A DNA stretch of 6,213 nt from NCBI GenBank assembly GCA_016840425.1, contig JAEOSI010000137.1:1-6213 (forward strand). The letters run 5' to 3'. The DNA is from Candidatus Wukongarchaeum yapensis. Its GTDB lineage: Archaea > Asgardarchaeota > Wukongarchaeia > Wukongarchaeales > Wukongarchaeaceae. The position numbers and the translations under genes are program-made. A model generated the notes under the pieces. The model was not told the origin of the DNA. It ran no database searches and was given only the letters and a program-made list of their open reading frames with translations. Shown here piece after piece: positions 1 to 5,951 of the stretch; the stretch's first letter is position 1, and every line of letters begins with the position of its first letter.

Positions 1-211
1 CCCATTAATTTGTTTTTCCGTGAATACCGCCTGTGACTTCTCCTACTGTAAACAAGCCTAGAACAGTTGTTTCAATATGTTTGTTTATTTCTACGCCTCA
101 ATTTTGGTAATGAAGTGAAGGAAACACAAGAACAGAGTCTTCGATTATATCGGTGGAGAAACGTTTAAACCTAATGTACATGACGGATAATCTGTTCTCT
201 ATAGTGCCTTC
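1..211 (-). pseudogene. 5'-truncated, disrupted fragment of an FAD-dependent oxidoreductase (succinate dehydrogenase/fumarate reductase/L-aspartate oxidase flavoprotein family); continues beyond the left edge
   Basis: Manual minus-strand translation from 211 gives EGTIENRLSVMYIRFKRFSTDIIEDSVLVFPSLHYQN*GVEINKHIETTVLGLFTVGEVTGGIHGK, then NKLMG in a shifted frame. This matches the family C-terminal motifs P-x-x-H-Y-x-x-G-G and GL[FY]AAGEVTGG[IV]HGxNRL[GM]GN. Lesions: TGA at 98-100 where Gly is expected, and a run of only five A (13-17) where six are needed, which gives TAA at 5-7. The N-terminal FAD-binding region is absent because uppP lies directly upstream. Confidence 0.85.
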
Positions 212-241
212 GCAGGGTAAAAAGTTGTTGCATTCTGAAAT

Positions 242-1066
242 TTAGAAGAATGCATAGAAGATTAAAACTAACACGATTGTAATAATTCCCAGAAAATAAC
301 AGATTTTATCAAATGTTAAGCGTTCTGCCAACCCTAAGAGGAAATTCATCATAAAATAGCCCAAAACCGTGACTAACCCCGTTAAAGCAAAATATTCTAT
401 TGATAAATCAACATAGATCTCATTATAAATTATGTCAAAAGCGATTGCACCCAATACGGCGGGGAGGCTCATAAGAAAGCTCATCTCGAAGGCCTCTTGT
501 CTCTTAAAACCTCTTGCAAGAAAATATGTAATTGTGACGCCAGATCGACTTATTCCTGGAAGTATTGAGAATCCTTGAAAAAATCCAACCAAGAGCTCAT
601 CCGAAAATTTTCGCTCTGAAAAGGTCAATGTGTCGCTGGATTTTAATACTCCAAATCTAAGAAGACTGCCTGTCAACAGTAATGCGACACCAATAAAAAG
701 CGTGATCAACATTCCATCAAGTAAGGAAAAGCTTTCCTTTATTAGTATATAAAGAGGAATAGCGGTAACCGCTGTTGCGATAGCAGATATCACAAGAAAT
801 CTCAGCAAAGGAATATTTCTAAATGTAATTGTATCAAAGTATTTCCGGCGATATTTGAACAAAACTGCAAGAGATGTACCTAAATGAAAATAGATTGCAG
901 CCCTTAACGCTTCTGAAGCCGATTTTTGAAACACATTAACTGAAGTTAAAATCAAAAAACCTTCGGAGCTCACAGGCAACCATTCAAGAATTGCTTGTAT
1001 AATTGCTAGAATCAAATCCTCGTTGAACGACAATTGTATAACACCGATTTTTACACTATACCCCAA
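242..1066 (-). CDS. uppP: Undecaprenyl-diphosphate phosphatase (UppP/BacA family)
   Basis: Hydrophobic multi-TM 274-aa ORF with both BacA signatures: QAILEWLPVSSEG and QGFSILPGISRSGVTI, followed by EMSFLMSLPAVLGA. The true start may be the TTG at 1031-1033, which has a GGTG SD (1042-1045) 8 nt upstream. Confidence 0.93.
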   Translation of the reverse strand: MGYSVKIGVIQLSFNEDLILAIIQAILEWLPVSSEGFLILTSVNVFQKSASEALRAAIYFHLGTSLAVLFKYRRKYFDTITFRNIPLLRFLVISAIATAVTAIPLYILIKESFSLLDGMLITLFIGVALLLTGSLLRFGVLKSSDTLTFSERKFSDELLVGFFQGFSILPGISRSGVTITYFLARGFKRQEAFEMSFLMSLPAVLGAIAFDIIYNEIYVDLSIEYFALTGLVTVLGYFMMNFLLGLAERLTFDKICYFLGIITIVLVLIFYAFF

Positions 1067-1081
1067 AAACCGTATCTCAGA

Positions 1082-1097
1082 AAAATAAAGTTTTTAC
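1082..1097 (-). promoter_or_regulatory. Putative archaeal BRE/TATA promoter of uppP
   Basis: Minus strand GTAAAAACTTTATTTT: purine-rich BRE-like segment followed by a TTTAT TATA-like box, about 50 nt upstream of the TTG at 1033. A near-identical motif precedes the 3869-4513 gene. Confidence 0.45.
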
Positions 1098-1323
1098 CCT
1101 TAAAAGAGATGCTTTAGCCCTGTCAAAAAAGGAAAAATAAAAATAATATTTAATCAATATTATAATAGATTTAATAATTAGATATTCAATAATTAGAGAC
1201 AAACGTAATTTATTAATTATTTAAAGGATTTTTACTATATATATTTGGAGATAGGACGATATGTTCAATAAGAATCTTTTTAGTATGCTTAATTGGCCAC
1301 CATAAGTTTTAGAGGGTTTAGAT

Positions 1324-2601
1324 GTGGGTAAATCGGGTTTTTCTAGGTCAAATGTGGAAAAAATGAAGGTTGAGAGAGATGTTGAAGGTCTGATAAAGGC
1401 CTTGAATTATAAGAAAGATCGTGATGTTAGAAGGGATGCAGCAAAAGCCCTTGGACAGATAGGAAATACGAGGAATATGGAATCGGTTATTCCCCTTGTT
1501 CAAGCACTGAAATATGAAAATGAGGAGATTAGAACAGAAGCAGCGTGGTTTCTTGAACAGATAGAAAAAGCAGATACTACGGAACCGATTATTCCTCTTA
1601 TTCAAGCATTGAAAGATAAGAAGGAGGAGGTTAGGGCAGAAGCAGCAAAAGCTATCGGAAAAATAGGGGACCAAAGAGCAACAAAACACCTCGTTAAAGC
1701 CCTAAAAGATAAAGAGAGAGACGTTAGGGCAGAAGCAGCAAAAGCTATCGGAAAAATAGGGGACCAAAGAGCAACAAAACACCTCGTTAAAGCCCTAAAA
1801 GATGAAGATGGGGATGTTAGAGTAGAAGCAGCAAAAGCTATTAGGAAAATGGGAGATCCGAGAACAATAAAACACCTCGTTAAAGCCCTAAAAGATGAAG
1901 AAGAAGATGTTCGACTACAAGCGGTGAAAGCCATCGAAAAAATAGGGGATCCGAGAACAATAAAACACCTTGTTAAAGCCCTAAAAGATGAAGATGGAGA
2001 TGTTAGAGTAGAAGCAGCAAAAGCTCTTGGAAAAATTGGAGATTTGGGAGCAACAAAACACCTTGTTAAAGCCCTAAAAGATGAAGAAGAAGATGTTCGA
2101 ATAGAAGCTGTGAAAGCTATTGGGGAGATAGGAGATCCGAGAGCAATAAAGCCCCTAATTAAAGCCTTAAAAGATAGATATAAGGATGTTTGGAAAGTTG
2201 CTAAAAAGGCTTTTGGGAAGATTAAGTTTGAAAAGGAACAATGGGATAAGTTGGCGAGAATAGGAGAGGCGACAATAGAGTCTCTTATGGAGGTAAAAAC
2301 GGATGAAATTGATGAAAGTTTCAGCCTAGCCGCCGAAACTGAAAGTATGAAGAAAGCCCCTTTTGCTGTTTCTTGCTCATATTGTGGGGCTGAAGTCCAG
2401 ATTCAAAAATGCATTGTCTGCAATCTTCCAATTTTTGATGACCTTACTAAAACCCCTTGTTGTAAAACTTATGCTCATTACGTCCATTTAAAAGACTGGT
2501 TAAAAACTAAAGGAAAATGCCCGCACTGTGGAGAAAAACTAGAAGAATGGGAAATTGAACAAAAAATACAACTAACAGAAGACTATTTAGCTAATATATA
2601 A
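1324..2601 (+). CDS. HEAT-repeat (PBS-lyase-type) protein with C-terminal RING-like zinc finger; putative E3 ubiquitin-ligase-like protein
   Basis: 425 aa. About nine HEAT units of consensus VRxxAAKA[IL]GKIGDxRAxxxL[VI]KALKD (aa 35-300). Cys/His-rich C-terminus: CSYC (351-354), CIVC (363-366), PCC (378-380), HYVH (385-388), W392, CPHC (399-402). Start is GTG 1324, or possibly ATG 1363. Confidence 0.88.
   Translation: MGKSGFSRSNVEKMKVERDVEGLIKALNYKKDRDVRRDAAKALGQIGNTRNMESVIPLVQALKYENEEIRTEAAWFLEQIEKADTTEPIIPLIQALKDKKEEVRAEAAKAIGKIGDQRATKHLVKALKDKERDVRAEAAKAIGKIGDQRATKHLVKALKDEDGDVRVEAAKAIRKMGDPRTIKHLVKALKDEEEDVRLQAVKAIEKIGDPRTIKHLVKALKDEDGDVRVEAAKALGKIGDLGATKHLVKALKDEEEDVRIEAVKAIGEIGDPRAIKPLIKALKDRYKDVWKVAKKAFGKIKFEKEQWDKLARIGEATIESLMEVKTDEIDESFSLAAETESMKKAPFAVSCSYCGAEVQIQKCIVCNLPIFDDLTKTPCCKTYAHYVHLKDWLKTKGKCPHCGEKLEEWEIEQKIQLTEDYLANI
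1630..2223 (+). repeat. Coding tandem array of 93-bp (31-aa) HEAT units
   Basis: The 'gtt' Val codon that opens each unit recurs at 1630, 1723, 1816, 1909, 2002, 2095 and 2188 (period 93). 1630-1710 and 1723-1803 are identical over 81 bp. Two more divergent 102-bp units start at 1426 and 1528. Confidence 0.97.
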
Positions 2602-2634
2602 GAACCTTAAAAACCGTGCAAACCATTCAATCTT

Positions 2635-3663
2635 TTAATAATCGCTTTTTAATGGTCTTTCTTTTAGAAGCCGCTTTACGAAGGTTATAGTGTCTTGTAA
2701 CTGGTTAGGGACTATGTTTTCTGGATTTTTCAATACTTCGATGGCTATGTGAAACTCTAAGGGCAGAGAACCTTCGTAAAACTCTTCGATCCTTGTAGAA
2801 CTCATATCATCAAGGAAACGGTTATACCCTCTTAAAAACCAGTTTAAATCCTGTTTAGTTCTTGAAAGATTTATATTCCCGCTTTTAAACTCTTGAATCA
2901 CCTGTTTTATAAAGAAAGTAGCAATGTCCTCTAAGCGACACGACTTCACGAAAGGATTAAAATTTTCAGAGCTTACAAGCCACACGATTGCACGTTCTTC
3001 TTCCTCGGGTAAAAGTTCAAAAAAGAGATTTGTACTCGTAAAATTATTAAAAGAAACCACACTACCATAAGATTTAGCAATATTGAAAATAAAACCATCA
3101 AAAAGCCTCTTTAAATCAAGTTTTTCTTCACCGGATAAAGGTAAGGGTTTTAACGTTTCAACAACTCTTTTTTCCTCCATTTCCGGATTATTTTGCTCTA
3201 TGCCTACACCGTGAAAAACAGAAAGAGCAAGACCCGCTAACTCCAACTTTTTATCATAAGGAAAAGTAGAAGACATAAAAGACTCTCCATTAAAACTCTC
3301 AAAAACCATATAACTTGAACCATATTTCAAGGGCTTTATAGCCCTAATATCCTCAAAAACATCTTCAACCCTATCGAAAAAATCTAAAGCATTTCCAAAA
3401 ATCTCTTCAGCATAACCCTTTTTACCGATTTCAAAAACTCTTAATAAAAACCTTTCAAGATATTCAGATCTTTCACTACTATACTTCACAAAAAGCCACT
3501 TTAAGTTAAGAGTAAAAGGCTTAACCTCCACATGATCCACAACAAAAAGAAGCGGCTCATCAAACCCTTTAGATATATCAGCCTTCCGAGCTTTATCAAA
3601 AAGAAAATCTTCCAAATCTTTAACAATGATTTTTAAAACACTATTGTCAATATTAACCGCCAT
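2635..3663 (-). CDS. Hypothetical protein; probable APH/choline-kinase/maltokinase-fold pseudokinase
   Basis: 342 aa, ATG start with GAGGT SD at 3674-3678. Kinase-fold motifs occur in the expected order: LFVK60, YMVFESFNGES (118-128), AGLALSVFHG (143-152), SFNNFTSTNLFF (204-215, the HGDxxxxN position), WLVSSEN (228-234, the IDxE position), RLEDIA (243-248), FLRGY (276-280). The CDS is well supported; the fold call is by eye. Confidence 0.7.
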   Translation of the reverse strand: MAVNIDNSVLKIIVKDLEDFLFDKARKADISKGFDEPLLFVVDHVEVKPFTLNLKWLFVKYSSERSEYLERFLLRVFEIGKKGYAEEIFGNALDFFDRVEDVFEDIRAIKPLKYGSSYMVFESFNGESFMSSTFPYDKKLELAGLALSVFHGVGIEQNNPEMEEKRVVETLKPLPLSGEEKLDLKRLFDGFIFNIAKSYGSVVSFNNFTSTNLFFELLPEEEERAIVWLVSSENFNPFVKSCRLEDIATFFIKQVIQEFKSGNINLSRTKQDLNWFLRGYNRFLDDMSSTRIEEFYEGSLPLEFHIAIEVLKNPENIVPNQLQDTITFVKRLLKERPLKSDY

Positions 3664-3780
3664 AAAATAGCCAACCTCAAAAGGAAAAATATGAAGAAAT
3701 CCTTATATTTTTTTTCCACTAAACAAAAAAACAAAAAGATTAAAAGAATCCCTTACTTCAAGTAGTGAGATTAAAGATTT

Positions 3781-3801
3781 AAGAAAAAAGAAAGAGGAAA
3801 A
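3781..3801 (-). terminator. Putative oligo-pyrimidine (T-tract) archaeal terminator
   Basis: Minus strand TTTTCCTCTTTCTTTTTTCTT, about 70-90 nt downstream of the TAA at 3869-3871. Confidence 0.4.
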
Positions 3802-3868
3802 GTGTTTAACGTAAACTTTTCAAAGAGAGAAATGATTTTCATGCACGATCTTTTTGATAGTTAGAGTT

Positions 3869-4513
3869 TTACTCTTCCACTTTTACGGCTAATTTTTCGA
3901 GTACAGTTTTTATTCTTCGTTCTACATCGTTAATTTTTGGAACTGCGTCTATGACTATTGCTTCTTTTTTCCCAGCAGGGATCAATATAAATCTCCCTGA
4001 TCTTAAAAGTAAGAATTCGAAAATATCTTCTAAGCTTTTTTGCACAACCATGTTAGGGGCTGGCCACCGATCAACATCTCCCAAAAATCCTTTTTTGTGG
4101 AGGAGTTCTTGGTGCGTGAGTTCCCAATAGTTGAATCTTGCTCCTACCCAGGTCAAGAATAAGACGAGTATCAATATTAACGCTATAGTTAAGTAGAAGC
4201 TTGCATCGGCAACAGCGGGTATTGTTAGGTCTATATTAAAATCTATTACTCCAGTTTCTGTGAGATATAGTATTAGCACGGCAGTTGCAAAAATCAAGGA
4301 TAATAGTGCGATTAATATGCCACGAGTAAACTCAAAAGCTACCACGAACAATAGAGCTAAGAACGAAATTAACCAAAAAGTTGCAATCGCTTCTGAACTG
4401 CCAAGATTTCGCCACTCTAGAAACGCGCTTATAAGCGAAATGAAAACTAATGGATAGAAGAACACTACTTTAGGATAACCCCTTATTGTTACCTTTTCTA
4501 TACTTTCTGACAT
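3869..4513 (-). CDS. Conserved-looking hypothetical membrane protein (about 4 TM helices) with soluble C-terminal domain, possibly bacterial-PH-like
   Basis: The ORF track starts at GTG 4582, but ATG 4511-4513 (MSESIEK) has an AAGGAGAGG SD at 4522-4530, and the extra 23 aa are low-complexity Lys/Asn. Four hydrophobic segments are followed by NYWELTHQELLHKKGFLG...DIFEFLLLRSGRFIL. Confidence 0.8.
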   Translation of the reverse strand: MSESIEKVTIRGYPKVVFFYPLVFISLISAFLEWRNLGSSEAIATFWLISFLALLFVVAFEFTRGILIALLSLIFATAVLILYLTETGVIDFNIDLTIPAVADASFYLTIALILILVLFLTWVGARFNYWELTHQELLHKKGFLGDVDRWPAPNMVVQKSLEDIFEFLLLRSGRFILIPAGKKEAIVIDAVPKINDVERRIKTVLEKLAVKVEE

Positions 4514-4582
4514 TGCATTCGCCTCTCCTTTATTTTGGTTTTTGGTTATTTTCTTCTTTTCCTTCTTAATTAAGTTTTTCAC

Positions 4583-4597
4583 AAAATAAGTTTTTAC
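4583..4597 (-). promoter_or_regulatory. Putative archaeal BRE/TATA promoter of the membrane-protein gene
   Basis: Minus strand GTAAAAACTTATTTT, nearly identical to the motif upstream of uppP. Confidence 0.45.
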
Positions 4598-4754
4598 TAG
4601 ATTATCTAAGGTTTTGCACGTAATTTATTTTGATAAAAGTTTATGTTTTGGTAACAGGTTTAAAATGATCTTAACTATGGATTTTTTAAGGTCTTATATG
4701 AAGGAGTTAATTTAGGTTATTGCTTATGGTGAATTTTTTGTTGGGTGGGGTAGT

Positions 4755-5813
4755 TTAGGTGTAATATACTTCCTTCTCTTCTTCTTCTATTGGGCCTTTT
4801 ATTGGGATTTTTGTGTTGCATTGGGGGCATGTTGCATCCTTGTTTAGGTCGTATGCTCCTATTCTGAAGCCTATTCTTCTTATGAGTTGTTTTCCACAGT
4901 TGGGGCAGTAGGTGTTTTCACTATTGTGACCGGGAATGTTTCCAGCGTAGACGTATTTTTCGCCTTGTTCTTTTGCTATTTTCATGGCTTTTTCTATGGT
5001 TTTTGTGGGGGTTGGGGGGGCGTCAAGAAGTTTAAAGTGTGGGTAGAATCGGGAGAAGTGGTGGGGTATTTCTGGACCTAGGTTTTCGACCACCCATTTT
5101 GTTAAGGCTTTCAACTCTTCTTCACTGTCATTATAGCCGGGTATTAGGAGGGTGGTTATTTCTAGATGGATTCCTTTTTCCACCATTGTTTTGCATGTTT
5201 CTAAAACTGGTTGGAGTTTTGATTTTGTGATTTTACGGTAAAATTCTTCGTTGAAGCTTTTAACGTCTACGTTGGCTGCGTTTATGTAGGGGGCTATTTC
5301 GTTTAGGGGTTCTTGGGTTATGAAGCCGTTGGTGACGAGTATGTTAAACAGGCCTTCTTCTTTAGCTATTTTTGCTGTATCGTAAACAAATTCATACCAG
5401 ATGATTGGCTCGTTATAAGTATAAGCTATGCTTTTACAAGGGCTTTTCTTTGCTTTTTTAACGATTTCTTTCGGCGTTGTTTCAACAAGTCTATATTCTT
5501 CAGGTTTTGCTCTGGCAATCGTGAAGTTTTGGCAGAATAAACAGTAAAGGTTGCAACCGATAGTTCCTAAGCTATAAGCGCAACTTCCTGGCCAGAAATG
5601 GAATAAAGGCTTTTTTTCGATGGGATCTGGGAAAGCAGAGGATACGAGTCCATAGTTTAAAGTGTAAAGTTTTCCTTCTTTGTTTTCTCTAACCCCGCAG
5701 AATCCCCTTTTACCTTCGCGGATTTTACAGTATTGGGGGCAGAGAGAGCATCGCACTGTTTTATCTTCTAAGGATTCCCAAAACCTTGCTTCATACATGC
5801 TCAAATCAATCAC
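4755..5813 (-). CDS. amrS: AmmeMemoRadiSam system radical SAM enzyme (AmrS)
   Basis: Radical SAM motif GC87NLYC91LFC94QN; family N-terminus CSLCPQYC-x9-CGVREN and DPIEKKPLFHFWPG; IAYTYNEP; C-terminal NTYCPNCG...CPQC. Start is GTG 5813, or ATG 5796-5798 preceded by a GAAGTGAT SD-like sequence. Confidence 0.93.
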   Translation of the reverse strand: MIDLSMYEARFWESLEDKTVRCSLCPQYCKIREGKRGFCGVRENKEGKLYTLNYGLVSSAFPDPIEKKPLFHFWPGSCAYSLGTIGCNLYCLFCQNFTIARAKPEEYRLVETTPKEIVKKAKKSPCKSIAYTYNEPIIWYEFVYDTAKIAKEEGLFNILVTNGFITQEPLNEIAPYINAANVDVKSFNEEFYRKITKSKLQPVLETCKTMVEKGIHLEITTLLIPGYNDSEEELKALTKWVVENLGPEIPHHFSRFYPHFKLLDAPPTPTKTIEKAMKIAKEQGEKYVYAGNIPGHNSENTYCPNCGKQLIRRIGFRIGAYDLNKDATCPQCNTKIPIKGPIEEEEKEVYYT

Positions 5814-5868
5814 TTCAATTTGGTAAAATATTTTAGAGGAATCAGATATTTTAATAGCAAAAGATAGA

Positions 5869-5882
5869 TAAGAACTTTATTA
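5869..5882 (+). promoter_or_regulatory. Putative BRE/TATA promoter for the ORF starting at 5952
   Basis: TAAGAACTTTATTA, the same A-rich-AAC-TTTAT pattern as the two minus-strand motifs, about 70 nt upstream of ATG 5952. Confidence 0.35.
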
Positions 5883-5951
5883 TATTGAGATATTATCCAT
5901 GATGTTGCTAGGAAAGTTAAAATTTTATTGTTTTTTTGGGGGTTTTTTGCC

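Noticed and set aside
98-100. TGA at a conserved Gly position while all five complete CDSs end in TAA, suggesting UGA-to-Gly recoding
   Set aside because: The same fragment also has a frameshift, an active-site Arg-to-Lys change and a 5' truncation. None of the five long CDSs contains an in-frame TGA despite many Gly codons. A GGA-to-TGA nonsense mutation is the simpler explanation.
1348-1934. Minus-strand ORFs 1348-1689 and 1602-1934
   Set aside because: Antisense shadows of the HEAT gene; their periodicity simply mirrors the 93-bp repeat.
1630-2223. Regular DNA repeats resembling a CRISPR array or mobile-element repeat
   Set aside because: Units are contiguous, a multiple of 3 in length, have no unique spacers and translate as HEAT repeats.
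4260-4457. Plus-strand 65-aa ORF
   Set aside because: Antisense to the TM-coding part of the membrane gene; no recognisable motif or SD.
4514-4582. Lys-rich 23-aa N-terminal extension of the membrane protein as a basic targeting peptide
   Set aside because: Probably untranslated A-rich leader: there is a strong SD before ATG 4513, and the promoter-like motif abuts the GTG at 4582.
5007-5066. G-tracts (G5, G7, G3, G3, G4) with G-quadruplex potential
   Set aside because: Explained by CCN Pro codons of amrS (APPTP, YPHF, GPEIP) plus the local skew; one loop is 20 nt, and nothing else indicates function.
4887-5540. Plus-strand short ORFs 4887-5081, 5039-5230 and 5313-5540
   Set aside because: All lie antisense within amrS. 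G/T-rich sequence is poor in stop codons, so such ORFs are expected.
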